From Oligoflexales bacterium (GTDB lineage Bacteria > Bdellovibrionota_B > Oligoflexia > Oligoflexales > Bog-1112): 64,000 nt of DNA. The stretch covers positions 32,001 through 96,000 of the forward strand of contig JBGCEP010000004.1 of assembly GCA_045106415.1 (NCBI GenBank). Direction: 5' to 3'. The notes below the pieces were generated by a model. It was not told the origin of the DNA, did not search any database, and was given only the letters and a program-made list of their open reading frames with translations. The stretch's first letter is position 1, and each line of letters starts with the position of its first letter. Positions 40,255 to 50,565 of the stretch are shown in pieces. Made by a program: the position numbers and the translations under genes.

Positions 40255-41027
40255 AACTCCCGAGCGTTGAAGACTGGTGGCGCTTCATGTTTATGTTTGT
40301 GTGCGAGGTGACGGTTTTTTACAAACTGATCAATGTCTGAGTCATTGAGTGATTGAGTCAGGTAGCGGCGAACGGATGGCTCCATTTCATTGTAGGAAAA
40401 GCCAAGCTCTTCTTCATCTGTTTGCCCCTCCCAAAGGGCTGCGCTGGGAGTGCGGTCAATCATGTCTTCGCATAAAATACTTTGAGCCACACACCAGTCA
40501 AGTAATTGATAGACTTCTGATTTAAAAAGTTGACCAATAGGAAAGAAGTCAGCTAGTGCATCACCTCCCTTTGTGTCGTAGCCAATAAAGTCTTCACTTA
40601 AATTACCTGTTCCGATGACTCGAGCTTTTTTTCCTTGTTCGCTGTGATGGTGACATACACCGTAAAGAAGAGACATTCTGACTCGAGAACGAATATTGCC
40701 TTGGTTGACTTGAGAAAGTTCGCCCAGAGGTTTTAGGCTTTCTTCTAGACTATGGACAGAGTCCGCTATGGGTAAGATATATTTTTTAATTCTGAGTCTA
40801 TTGGCTATTTTTATAGATCGAGCGTTATAAAAATCTATATCTAAATCAGTGCATGGCATATGTACTGAGAGCACGTTTTCAGGGCCGAGAGCTTGAGAGC
40901 ACAGAGCAGCGACGAGGGTCGAATCTGCTCCGCCACTCATACCGATAATAGCAATGTCGGTCCGTTGGCGTATGTCTTGGGCTACAGCGTGAAGAAATTT
41001 TTCGATGTTTTTGATCATGGGTGTCAC
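40245..41027 (-). CDS. nadE: NH3-dependent NAD+ synthetase
   Basis: GMSGGADS, GNIRSRVRM, GTGNLSE, GYDTKGGD, PSAALWEGQTDEEELG. Confidence 0.95.
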   Translation of the reverse strand: MTPMIKNIEKFLHAVAQDIRQRTDIAIIGMSGGADSTLVAALCSQALGPENVLSVHMPCTDLDIDFYNARSIKIANRLRIKKYILPIADSVHSLEESLKPLGELSQVNQGNIRSRVRMSLLYGVCHHHSEQGKKARVIGTGNLSEDFIGYDTKGGDALADFFPIGQLFKSEVYQLLDWCVAQSILCEDMIDRTPSAALWEGQTDEEELGFSYNEMEPSVRRYLTQSLNDSDIDQFVKNRHLAHKHKHEAPPVFNAREFCI

Positions 41028-41311
41028 CTTATGTCATCTTGAGCTATTGGGCTTGTCATATCAAGGCTCACTCATTTCTGAAAGGTGAAATTAAAGACTC
41101 TTTGCTGAAGCCGGAAAGGGGAAGCTTTCGGAGCTATACTTGCAAAACTTGAAATGAAAGGTTACTAGATTCAGCGAATGGATATGACCAGAATTGGCAT
41201 GACTAGTGTAAGATTGCCTAGTGTCAATATTTAAGCTGTTCATAGTATTCTTGTGTAAAATGGTCATTGAATGGCTTGATAATCAATGCAACGAAGTAGG
41301 GAATGAGATCT

Positions 41312-43909
41312 ATGAGTAAGTCTTTGGTCATTGTGGAGTCGCCGGCAAAGGTGAAAACGATCAATAAGTTCTTGGGCTCGAAGTTCATTGTGAAGTCTAG
41401 CGTAGGCCACATCCGGGATCTTGCGAGTGCTACGGGGACAGAAACAGGGACGACAACGAAGAAAAAGGCGTCGTCTAAAAAAATGACACCTGAGCAAAAA
41501 GAAGCAGTTGCATATCAAAGGCTGGTTGCTCGTATGGGTGTAGACCCTCATGATCAGTGGGCAGCAAATTATGCCATGGTGACAGGGAAAGAAAAGGTTC
41601 TTAAAACCCTTAAAGACGCAGCCGAGAAGGTTGATACCATTTATCTAGCCACTGACCTTGATCGTGAAGGAGAAGCCATTGCGTGGCACCTCATGGAGTC
41701 TATTGGTGGAGATCCTTCTCGCTACAAACGGGTGACATTTACTGAAATTACGGAAAAAGCTATTAAGGAGGCCTTTGAGACTCCTGGAGAGCTGAATTAT
41801 TCTCGGGTGAATGCACAGCAAGCCCGAAGATTTTTAGATCGAGTTGTCGGGTACATGCTCTCACCACTTTTGTGGGCGAAGATTGCTCGTGGTCTTTCTG
41901 CTGGTAGGGTTCAATCTGTAGCTGTGCGACTCATTGCGGAGAGAGAGAAACAAATTCATGCTTTTCTTCCTGATGAATATTGGGAAGTTCATGCCGACTA
42001 TAAGCACGATAACTCTTTAAGGCTTCAAGTTTCGAAGCAAGCAGGTAAGGCATTTAAGCCTGTGAATACAGCTCAAGCACAAGAAGCTGTACAAAAAATT
42101 AAGCAATCACAAAGCCAGGTTTTAAAAGTTGAGAAAAGCCCAGCGCGTTCGAAGCCTTCTGCTCCATTTATTACATCAACTTTACAGCAAGCTGCTAGTA
42201 CAAGGCTTGGATATGGTGTGAAAAAGACGATGGTGCTGGCACAGCAGCTTTATGAAGCGGGCTTTATTAGCTATATGCGTACTGACTCAACAAACTTAAG
42301 CGCAGACGCGGTGACAGCGTGCCGTGAGTTTATTCAAACAAAGTTTGGTGGGAAATATTTGCCGGATGCACCTTTGAGCTATAGTAGTAAAAAAAGTGCT
42401 CAAGAGGCTCACGAAGCGATTCGACCAACAGATCTTTTAAAACAGCCACATGATATGACGTCTTTAGATAAAGATGCTCGGCAACTTTATGAAATCATAT
42501 GGCGTCAGTTTGTGGCATGTCAGATGACACAGGCGGAATATGATGCCACCGTTGTGACGGTTAAGTGTGATGATTTAGAGCTGCGTGTGAGAGGGAAGGT
42601 TTTGCGATTTGATGGTTTCTTAAAAGTGATGCCTCAAACGAAGAAATCAGATGAAGATCTCGTTTTACCAGATGTTCAAGAAGGGGAAGTGCTACAGCTT
42701 CTCAGCGTCGAACCAAAGCAACATTTTACGAAGCCTCCTCCCCGTTTTACTGAGGCAAGTCTTGTACGAGAGTTGGAGAAAAAAGGCATTGGCCGACCTT
42801 CGACGTATGCATCTATTATTTCCACGATCCAAGAACGTGGGTATGTGAGGGTTGATCGCCGACGTTTCTTTTGTTTGAAGATGGGCGAAATTGTGACTGA
42901 TCGCCTTTTTGAAAACTTTGAAGATCTGATGGATTATGGCTTTACAGCATCTATGGAAGCTCATTTAGATGGAATTGCCCAAGGTCAAGAAGACTGGAGA
43001 AGGGTCTTAGATGATTTTTATGGGAATTTTAGTGAAAAACTTACAGCAGCGAATGAATCCATGCGAGGGAATGAACCAACTCCTACGGATATTGGTTGTC
43101 CTGAATGTTCGAGGCACATGTGTATTCGAACAGCAAGAACAGGGGTCTTTTTAAGTTGCTCAGGTTATGCACTTCCCCCCAAAGAACGATGTAAAGGGAC
43201 TATTAACCTTGTTTCCGGAGATGAGTTTCAAGCTTACTCAGATGATGATGATGAAGGTAGTGTTGGAGAGATTCAAGGTCGAAAGCGCTGCGTGAAGTGT
43301 GAAACTGTAATGGATTCTTATGTCGTCGACGAAGCTCGTAAACTTCATATTTGTGGTAATAATCCAGACTGTGATGGTGTGGAGATTGAGGCTGGGAAGT
43401 TCAGAGTAAAAGGCTATGAAGGTCCTATTATTACTTGCGACAAATGCTCATCCGATATGCAGTTGAAGACTGGGCGATTTGGTAAATACTTTGGTTGTAC
43501 TGGATCCGATTGTAAAAACACGCGTAAGCTTCTCAAAAATGGTGAAGCAGCTCCTCCCCGTATGGACCCTATCCATATGAAGGAATTGTCATGTGAGAAA
43601 TCAGACGGATACTTTGTGTTGCGTGATGGTGCTGCAGGGTTGTTCTTAGCGTCAAGTAAGTTTCCAAAGTCTCGAGAAACTAAGAAACCACGAGTTCTTG
43701 ACTTAGTGAGACACAAAGATGATTTGGATCCTAAGTATCATTACATTCTTTCTGCGCCGATCCAAGATCCAGAAGGCCATGAAAGTTTAATTCGTTTTAG
43801 TCGTAAAACAAAAGAGCACTTTATTTCTAGTGATGACTCAAAAGGTAAAGCCACAAGTTGGAGCTTATATTGGATTGATGAAAAATGGAGTGAAACAAAG
43901 CCTGATTAA
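41312..43909 (+). CDS. topA: DNA topoisomerase I (type IA)
   Basis: [44 protein letters not shown]-terminal zinc ribbons. Confidence 0.97.
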   Translation: MSKSLVIVESPAKVKTINKFLGSKFIVKSSVGHIRDLASATGTETGTTTKKKASSKKMTPEQKEAVAYQRLVARMGVDPHDQWAANYAMVTGKEKVLKTLKDAAEKVDTIYLATDLDREGEAIAWHLMESIGGDPSRYKRVTFTEITEKAIKEAFETPGELNYSRVNAQQARRFLDRVVGYMLSPLLWAKIARGLSAGRVQSVAVRLIAEREKQIHAFLPDEYWEVHADYKHDNSLRLQVSKQAGKAFKPVNTAQAQEAVQKIKQSQSQVLKVEKSPARSKPSAPFITSTLQQAASTRLGYGVKKTMVLAQQLYEAGFISYMRTDSTNLSADAVTACREFIQTKFGGKYLPDAPLSYSSKKSAQEAHEAIRPTDLLKQPHDMTSLDKDARQLYEIIWRQFVACQMTQAEYDATVVTVKCDDLELRVRGKVLRFDGFLKVMPQTKKSDEDLVLPDVQEGEVLQLLSVEPKQHFTKPPPRFTEASLVRELEKKGIGRPSTYASIISTIQERGYVRVDRRRFFCLKMGEIVTDRLFENFEDLMDYGFTASMEAHLDGIAQGQEDWRRVLDDFYGNFSEKLTAANESMRGNEPTPTDIGCPECSRHMCIRTARTGVFLSCSGYALPPKERCKGTINLVSGDEFQAYSDDDDEGSVGEIQGRKRCVKCETVMDSYVVDEARKLHICGNNPDCDGVEIEAGKFRVKGYEGPIITCDKCSSDMQLKTGRFGKYFGCTGSDCKNTRKLLKNGEAAPPRMDPIHMKELSCEKSDGYFVLRDGAAGLFLASSKFPKSRETKKPRVLDLVRHKDDLDPKYHYILSAPIQDPEGHESLIRFSRKTKEHFISSDDSKGKATSWSLYWIDEKWSETKPD

Positions 43910-44496
43910 GCTTTGCATTTTTTTGAAAAGATCATTAACTTTAATTTTTTTCTACCGGTGATATGAGTCGCTCTCTGGGTTTTTGAGTATGGAGAGTGAT
44001 TTTTATTATGCGGTTTTTCTTGGAGATTGGAATCTTCCAATCTCACGGTGAAATGCAGCTGTTTTTTGTCTGTTCAGGGTCATTAAAGAAATAAATTGTT
44101 TTCATAAAACAGCGTTGAATTTTATTTAAATCGAGAGAATAATGGTGTTGTATTTGGAATGTTGGATGTAGTTTAAAGTGGGAATCAGCAAAAAACAGTT
44201 AATACACAAATGTTTTTAGCTGTATGTCTTGGCTGTGAATTTTAAAAATTATTCATTTTATATGCGGAAGCATAGGTTTCCTTTTTATTATAAGCGCCTT
44301 TTAAGTTCTTGAGAGTCGGAGACTTTCATATCAAGAGTTTCTTCGGTTTCATTTGATCTTATACAAAATGTTGTGTAGCGAACTACTCTTAGTAAAGGCC
44401 TGGCGTTAGTGATTGTTTTTATAGTGTGATAAATGATGTTGTTGAAGATTCAACCGGCGATGTTATTGGTTGAACCATTCTTGATGCTATAGATCA

Positions 44497-44913
44497 TTAT
44501 GATGATGGATGTGGTGGATTTTGTTCTTGAAACATTGGGATAACCTTTGCGGAAATTGCTTTTTCTTCGAGATGCTCCTTAGGAATCACAGTAAGAGAGT
44601 GTAGATGAGTGGACTCGAGAAACACTTCAGGCGCGCAACCAGCGCGATAGGCCTCTAGCCATCTTTCTGCGCATAGACACCATTTATCACCTTCGCAAAG
44701 ACCTTGAAATCCAAATTCAGGTCGCGGGGTAGATAGATCGTTGCCTTGATTTGTTGAAAACTGTAAGAATTCTTTTGTTATGCGAACACAGACCGTGTGC
44801 ATACCGACGTCGTCCTCTGACGTAGAACATTTTCCATTTCTGAAAAAACCAGTCACAGGTTGGCAACTGCATTCCTTGAGAGTTTCTCCAAAAATATTTT
44901 GGTTTTTATGCAT
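44497..44913 (-). CDS. DUF2237-family protein
   Basis: NIFGE.L..CS..PVTGFFRNGKC, GNDLSTPRPE, GDKWCLCA.RW, TH. Confidence 0.9.
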   Translation of the reverse strand: MHKNQNIFGETLKECSCQPVTGFFRNGKCSTSEDDVGMHTVCVRITKEFLQFSTNQGNDLSTPRPEFGFQGLCEGDKWCLCAERWLEAYRAGCAPEVFLESTHLHSLTVIPKEHLEEKAISAKVIPMFQEQNPPHPSS

Positions 44914-45047
44914 ATGGAACTCCATTATTCTTGTCTCGTTTTTTTTAAAAAAATCCAAAACAGTGCTATCACGAAATAATTGTTGAAACTAGACTCTTTT
45001 GAACGGTGGTATTAAGTTATAGTACAAACTTTTTCTAAGGAGGGTGT

Positions 45048-45689
45048 GTGTTACAAATTTTAAGGGGTATCCAGAAATACTCGAAAGAAATTTTTCCTCA
45101 ACAAAAAGGTTTATTTAAGCAGTTAGCAACAGGTCAACAACCTCATACAATGATGATCACTTGCTCTGACTCACGAATAGACCCTAATTTGATAACTCAA
45201 ACTCAACCAGGAGATGTTTTTATACTAAGAAATGCTGGGAATATGGTTCCTGCGTATGGTGTTTCTCAAGGAGGTGAAGAAGCTTCCATTGAGTTTGCTG
45301 TGGAGGTTCTGGGGGTTGAAAATATTGTGGTGTGTGGACATACCCAGTGTGGAGCTATGGCTGCTTTATCGGGGAAGGTCGATTTGAAGGCATTGCCGTC
45401 TATTGAAAAATGGCTGCTGCATGCAAAAGCAACTCAAAGAAAAATGGAAGGTAAATCGCCTGTAGTATTAGATGACTATATTGAAGATAATGTTTTGACA
45501 CAGGTGCAAAATTTAAAAACACACCCAAGTATTGCAAACGGAATTGCACAGAAAACACTCAAAATATTTGGTCTTGTTTATCGATTTGAAAAAGGAGATG
45601 CAATTATTTTTGATAAACAAAAGCAACATTTTATTGAGGTTCGAGATTTTTCGAATGAGGATTTAATCTCCTCTTTTGATCTTTCGTGA
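45048..45689 (+). CDS. Beta-class carbonic anhydrase
   Basis: CSDSR, RNAGN, CGHTQCGAM. Confidence 0.95.
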   Translation: MLQILRGIQKYSKEIFPQQKGLFKQLATGQQPHTMMITCSDSRIDPNLITQTQPGDVFILRNAGNMVPAYGVSQGGEEASIEFAVEVLGVENIVVCGHTQCGAMAALSGKVDLKALPSIEKWLLHAKATQRKMEGKSPVVLDDYIEDNVLTQVQNLKTHPSIANGIAQKTLKIFGLVYRFEKGDAIIFDKQKQHFIEVRDFSNEDLISSFDLS

Positions 45690-45707
45690 TTTCAATGATT
45701 TTTTATT

Positions 45708-46901
45708 TTAAAGATTGATTTTTTGCTCGTTGGTTGTTGATTTGTTAGGAACTATTTTGCAGCCTTCTTTTTGGAAACTTTGATGCTGTTCTTTAACGTT
45801 TTGAATACTGTGATTTAATCGATTTAAAAACTGATATTTTAGTTTTGTAAACAGGTAGTCTTGAGCTCGTCTGTTTCCGTTTGCGATCAATTTTGAGCGA
45901 TGCGTTGCTGAGTGAATAATTTTTTGTGTCGCTTTAAAAAGTTCTTCAGGGTTATTTTTATTGACAAGAATAGCCCCTGTACCACAGGTCTCTGGAATAG
46001 CTGTAGAGTTGTGAGCTAGAATGGGAATGTCAAAAAACATGGCTTCGACAAGTGGGACGCAAAAGCCTTCGTGTTCACTCATACACAAAAGAGCAGTGCT
46101 CCTTCTGTAGCAAGTCGCTAGCTGATTGTCGGTGATTGATCCCATAAAAACAACATCAGCATCAAGGTTTGATGTTTCATCAAATCGTGTAAAGCTAAGA
46201 TTTAAATCATTTAAAAGAGAAAAAACTCTTTGAACATAGTCTGTTTCTAAAATTCCACAAACTAAAATTCGTATTTTTTTATTAGGGTTGTGCTGTTTTA
46301 AGGCTTTTAATAGAAAAAGAGAATCATGGAGACATTTATTGCGCGATACTCTTCCTACGACGAGAAGATTGATGATGGTGCTATCTATTTTTTCACTTAA
46401 TTGAAGATCGTCCTTATTTGATGCAAGGCTTTGATAGTCTCTTAAAACTGCAAGTTGATGAACAGGAGGAAGAGGGCCCTCACCTAAACATTTTGCGTTA
46501 AAATTGGAATCAACCCAAGTTTCTTGGCTGCTGTGTACTGTAAGAGGGATTTGTTGGTAGCCGAGTTGACAGGCTGTATACGCAAGAGAGTTTTTTGGAA
46601 AAAATTCAGCTGGAGTGACATTATGAAATCGACAAATATGATACGTGTTTGCTCGTGCGACATAATAGCTAATGTCAGAGCCTGTAGAAAAATGTTGGAT
46701 TAAAATATCGCTTGTTTTTTTTGGGTTAAGAAACTCATCTAAAGATTTAACATTTTTAACATCCCAAGAATTTTGAGCGTAAATATCGCTCTCAAATCCT
46801 GCTTCTTGAATAAGTGTCCGAAAAATTTGGACTTCGGTGCCGATAGCGTCACGAGATCCACATGAAGGTAAGATTTGGTCAATTTTCAAGGAATACTCCA
46901 C
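45708..46901 (-). CDS. Glycosyltransferase family 4
   Basis: DAIG, HNVTP, VGRVSRNK, SEHEGFCVPLVEAM. Confidence 0.9.
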   Translation of the reverse strand: MEYSLKIDQILPSCGSRDAIGTEVQIFRTLIQEAGFESDIYAQNSWDVKNVKSLDEFLNPKKTSDILIQHFSTGSDISYYVARANTYHICRFHNVTPAEFFPKNSLAYTACQLGYQQIPLTVHSSQETWVDSNFNAKCLGEGPLPPVHQLAVLRDYQSLASNKDDLQLSEKIDSTIINLLVVGRVSRNKCLHDSLFLLKALKQHNPNKKIRILVCGILETDYVQRVFSLLNDLNLSFTRFDETSNLDADVVFMGSITDNQLATCYRRSTALLCMSEHEGFCVPLVEAMFFDIPILAHNSTAIPETCGTGAILVNKNNPEELFKATQKIIHSATHRSKLIANGNRRAQDYLFTKLKYQFLNRLNHSIQNVKEQHQSFQKEGCKIVPNKSTTNEQKINL

Positions 46902-46993
46902 AGTATGACAAAATTGAGATATTTAATTGTACTCAAGTTGGCAGGCTGTGGGAACTTTATTTCATATTTTTTCAGTGGAATATGATTGTAAGA

Positions 46994-49312
46994 CTATTTG
47001 TGAGTAAAGGTGAAAACTCCATCCCAATCTTCAGCTGGTGGTGCTTGCTGATAGGCGTTGACTCTATCAATGTAGACTTTTGTTGGTCCGTCGTTAGGGT
47101 GAATTTTTAAACAAGTATCGAGATGTTTTTTTGCTGTAACCCAGTCTTGAGAGAGGTAGTGTTTTCTTGCGGCTTCAAACTCTCCTATGAGTTCACGGAT
47201 ATGATCTTCTTTGGCTAGAGTGTCAGGTCTCATGAGGTCAAAAACTTTAATTGGCTCATTTTTTCCTTTGACGCGAATATCATCGAGATCTCTGAATAAA
47301 TGATGCTTTTGCTGAAATTTCGCGACAGTGAATTCACTGATTAATATTTTAATACCATACTCTTTTGTCAGTCCTTCTAAACGAGCTCCAAGGTTGACAG
47401 CATCACCCATCACGGTATAGCAAAAACGTTCATCAGAACCCATGTTGCCTACAGACATAGGGCCTGTGTTGAGGCCGATTCCAATGTCGCAGAGAGGGTA
47501 GCCTTTCTCTTTGAAGTCAGCTTGAAGCTTATCGAGAGCGAAAAGCATTTTCACCGAAGAGTCAGCTGCCACGTCAGCTTGTCCGTCAAGAGGAACAGGA
47601 GCTCCCCAAAATGCCATAATTGCATCACCAATATATTTATCGAGAACCCCGCTTGATCTTAGAATAATATCCGTCATAGGGGTGAAATATTCATTCATAA
47701 AACCGCATAATTGTTCTGGAGTGAGACTCTCTGAAATTGTTGTGAACCCTCTTACATCCGAAAAGAACACAGTGAGTTCTTTTCGGACTCCCCCTAGCTG
47801 TAAACTGCTGGGATCGTCAAGAACTTGATCAATGACATCTGGACTTAAATAGTGAGCAAAGGCTCCTTTTACTTTTTTCTTTTCTTTTTCTTCTGTCATA
47901 TATTTATAAAGAGTAATGCTGATAAAAAGTGTGATGATTTCTAAGAATGGAACCCCAAGATAGGTCCATTGACCTTGTCCAAACACAAAATATTGATCAT
48001 AAAAATAATAACTGAATAAAAACAAAAGCATTAGAATGCCTGACCATAATGCTCGAGAAAAAATGATGATCGGGCTAAAAAAGAGCCCGATTGCTAAAAT
48101 AATTTGTAGCTCTGTTTCATAAATGTCTGAAGGTCGAGTCATGAAATTTTGGCTCATGATGTTGTCTGTAACAGCTGCGTGAATTTCAACTCCATCAAGA
48201 GTGGGATCAAATGGGTTAGGTCTTTGATCATTAATACCAATTGCTGTCATCCCAAGCATTAAAACAGAGCCTTTGAGGTATTCTTTTTGTTTTTTTGTAA
48301 ATCGATTGAAGTAAGCGTCTGCTAAACTAAAATGCGGAAAAGCCTGGCGACCACCTCTGTGATTAACAAGAACACGACCCATGCCTAGAGGGTCTAACGG
48401 AATTTTAATGGAGTCAGATTCATCTTCTCTGCTAATAAGCTCGACGGCTTTAATGTTATCAACGCCCATTTCTACAAGAATATCTCTGTCAAGAGCTTCA
48501 GCTGCAAGTTTTAAGGATAGGGATGGTAACATTCGGTCGTCGAAAATTCTGACAATGGTGGCCCAACGATTTACAGCATCGTAGTCGGATTGATTGCTGA
48601 AAAACGAATAATGCTGCGCAGATTGATTCAGTACGGATAGATTGTTCATAATCCCTGCGACTTTCATAGAATCTGGATAATCTTTGAGTTCTTGGTCGTT
48701 AGATAAAATTAAGTATTCAATGACGGAGTCGTCCATTTCATCAAGTCTGTGAAAAGGTGTTTTTTTGAGACCTGCATCTTCAACTTCGAATTCAGATCCA
48801 AAATAAAAGAAGCCCATGATGATGTTTTCAAAATCTGAAATCGCTTTTGCAAACTCTAAGTCTGCAGGGGAAGTTTTAATGCTTTTAAGCCTTCGTATAG
48901 CATCTCGAGGGCTTTTTGGAGGTTTTTGGCGAAGAGCTTTGATGCCATCCTTAAGGTCAGGTCGCTCTGGTTCACTAAAAATAGCATCAAAAGCAACCCA
49001 CTCGACTCCAAGGTCTTTTAAGTTTTTTAAAGCCTGCTTATAGTAGCGTCTAGAAAAGGGCCATCTTCCAAGCTCTTGCAGAGCAGCTTCATCAATGGCA
49101 AGGACGCCTATTTTATTTTTTGGTTTTTGAGGGCCTCGATTACGAAAACGAAAGTCTAAAAGGTTAGCTTCTAGTTTTGTGATTAAATCATTTTGATGAG
49201 AGAAATTTTTATAGTGATCTAATAAAAACCACCAGAAAAAAATGACAATACAAGTGCTTAAAAGAATGTGTGGGAGCTTTTTTTTAAGCTCAGATATGAT
49301 TTTAATCAACAT
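46994..49312 (-). CDS. CHASE2-domain class III adenylate cyclase with C-terminal TPR-like tail
   Basis: IDE....LGRWP, GVEIHA (CHASE2); three TMs; FSDVRGFT, DKYIGDAIM, YTVMGDAVNLGARLE (K/T residues for ATP specificity). Confidence 0.93.
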   Translation of the reverse strand: MLIKIISELKKKLPHILLSTCIVIFFWWFLLDHYKNFSHQNDLITKLEANLLDFRFRNRGPQKPKNKIGVLAIDEAALQELGRWPFSRRYYKQALKNLKDLGVEWVAFDAIFSEPERPDLKDGIKALRQKPPKSPRDAIRRLKSIKTSPADLEFAKAISDFENIIMGFFYFGSEFEVEDAGLKKTPFHRLDEMDDSVIEYLILSNDQELKDYPDSMKVAGIMNNLSVLNQSAQHYSFFSNQSDYDAVNRWATIVRIFDDRMLPSLSLKLAAEALDRDILVEMGVDNIKAVELISREDESDSIKIPLDPLGMGRVLVNHRGGRQAFPHFSLADAYFNRFTKKQKEYLKGSVLMLGMTAIGINDQRPNPFDPTLDGVEIHAAVTDNIMSQNFMTRPSDIYETELQIILAIGLFFSPIIIFSRALWSGILMLLFLFSYYFYDQYFVFGQGQWTYLGVPFLEIITLFISITLYKYMTEEKEKKKVKGAFAHYLSPDVIDQVLDDPSSLQLGGVRKELTVFFSDVRGFTTISESLTPEQLCGFMNEYFTPMTDIILRSSGVLDKYIGDAIMAFWGAPVPLDGQADVAADSSVKMLFALDKLQADFKEKGYPLCDIGIGLNTGPMSVGNMGSDERFCYTVMGDAVNLGARLEGLTKEYGIKILISEFTVAKFQQKHHLFRDLDDIRVKGKNEPIKVFDLMRPDTLAKEDHIRELIGEFEAARKHYLSQDWVTAKKHLDTCLKIHPNDGPTKVYIDRVNAYQQAPPAEDWDGVFTFTHK

Positions 49313-49313
49313 A

Positions 49314-49356
49314 AAAAACCCTCCAGAAACCTTAGGGTACGTATCGGAGGGTTTTT
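49314..49356 (-). promoter_or_regulatory. Inverted repeat covering the cyclase RBS, overlapping a sigma28-like -10 element
   Basis: AAAAACCCTCC (49314-49324) / GGAGGGTTTTT (49346-49356); TCAA-N14-TCCGATAC at 49366-49341. Confidence 0.6.
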
Positions 49357-49379
49357 GTTTTTTTGAAAGTTTTTACTTT

Positions 49380-50480
49380 TTAAAGATCAAGTGATGATTT
49401 GAGTGAAAGAGCCCATCTTCGATCTGCGCGCTGTCCTGGGTACTCCCCAAGCTCAACGCCGTAATTGATGACTTCAAATTTAGCAAAGAACAAGTTGACA
49501 TAAGCGCCTAGACTTAGCCAACCGCTTTGAAGGCCCAGCATGACGCCAACGTCTTGTTTGCGGCTGATGTACTGCCGTCCAAACTCCCATCCCATATTCA
49601 GCATTCTGAGCATGTGGAAGCCTTCAGGGTTGGTGATGTCTTTGAGATCTATTGAGAACTCACTGTGCCAAGGCTTGCCTTTTGAGCGTAGTGCCCAGCC
49701 AAGAGAAACAAGGCTTTTTATGATAGGCATTCCGCTGACTGATGTATAACCAATGTCATCGACCATGATCCCAAATTGATGATCAGGTGTTATTTTGTAG
49801 AGCAGGCCAAGGTCGGTGGCGATCCCTGAACCTGATGTTGGTTTTAAGAGATCACCAACAGGAGTTGTGCCAAGGGGCTCAAAAGTGAGGATTTCTGCAA
49901 AATCTAGATTGGTATTGAGATGGAATCTAGAAAAAGGGCGAAGGTTTAGCCCGATAGAGATGTTTTTTCCAACATCAAAGGCGTATCCAATATTCCACCC
50001 CACGATCGTGTCGCTGGTGAAAGAGGCTTCGGGAGCAGCAGGAATACGTCCGTCAAGTTCATTGCGAGTTGAAACAAAGAGTGCTGTGTCAAATGAGTAC
50101 AGACGAAAACCGAGGCTCTCCTGTGCTCTTACATATTGGTATTCACCAAATTTATCAGTGAATTCTTGAAGAATAGAAATAGGAGTTGGTGAACCTGAAA
50201 GAATAGAACTAAATTTACTCATCGTTCCTGCTGCTGACTTGCTAAAAAACACGTCGCCATCAAGTCCTCGAGTTTGAAAAGTTAGGTTTTTTCCTGCACC
50301 TGTAAGGCTTGCAGGATTTTGTCTATAGGACTCGTCTGATTCAAAAGCTGCAGCAAAAGTACCGCCACGTCCATAGGAGTGAGCGGACTCCAGGGTTCTC
50401 TCTCGATTGGGTTTTGCATATAAAGCAAGAGGTGAAAAAGAGAGAATAATGAGGAAATTTCTATACCTGTTGACTTCCAT
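49380..50480 (-). CDS. TraF-like/FadL-superfamily outer-membrane beta-barrel
   Basis: Signal peptide; GRGG...A.......NPA.L plug motif; G.ATDLG; C-terminal YG.ELG..PG...DRR. Confidence 0.65.
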   Translation of the reverse strand: MEVNRYRNFLIILSFSPLALYAKPNRERTLESAHSYGRGGTFAAAFESDESYRQNPASLTGAGKNLTFQTRGLDGDVFFSKSAAGTMSKFSSILSGSPTPISILQEFTDKFGEYQYVRAQESLGFRLYSFDTALFVSTRNELDGRIPAAPEASFTSDTIVGWNIGYAFDVGKNISIGLNLRPFSRFHLNTNLDFAEILTFEPLGTTPVGDLLKPTSGSGIATDLGLLYKITPDHQFGIMVDDIGYTSVSGMPIIKSLVSLGWALRSKGKPWHSEFSIDLKDITNPEGFHMLRMLNMGWEFGRQYISRKQDVGVMLGLQSGWLSLGAYVNLFFAKFEVINYGVELGEYPGQRADRRWALSLKSSLDL

Positions 50481-50518
50481 GTGGCCTCCAATCGGTTTTT
50501 TTTGCCGATCATGTGGGT

Positions 50519-50545
50519 TTCACACGACGGGGAGATTGCCGATGA
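50519..50545 (+). promoter_or_regulatory. sigma28-like promoter
   Basis: TTCA-N15-GCCGATGA just upstream of the AGGAG RBS of the ATG at 50566. Confidence 0.45.
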
Positions 50546-50565
50546 GTTGAGTGTTAGGAGTTTCT

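Noticed and set aside
41105..41135. CCGGAAAGGGGAAGC resembling the SRP RNA loop
   Set aside because: Lacks the CAGG/AGCAG internal-loop motifs and a long flanking helix
46051..46070. GGGACGCAAAAGCC resembling a GEMM riboswitch
   Set aside because: It is the antisense of the conserved EGFCVPL coding motif of the glycosyltransferase
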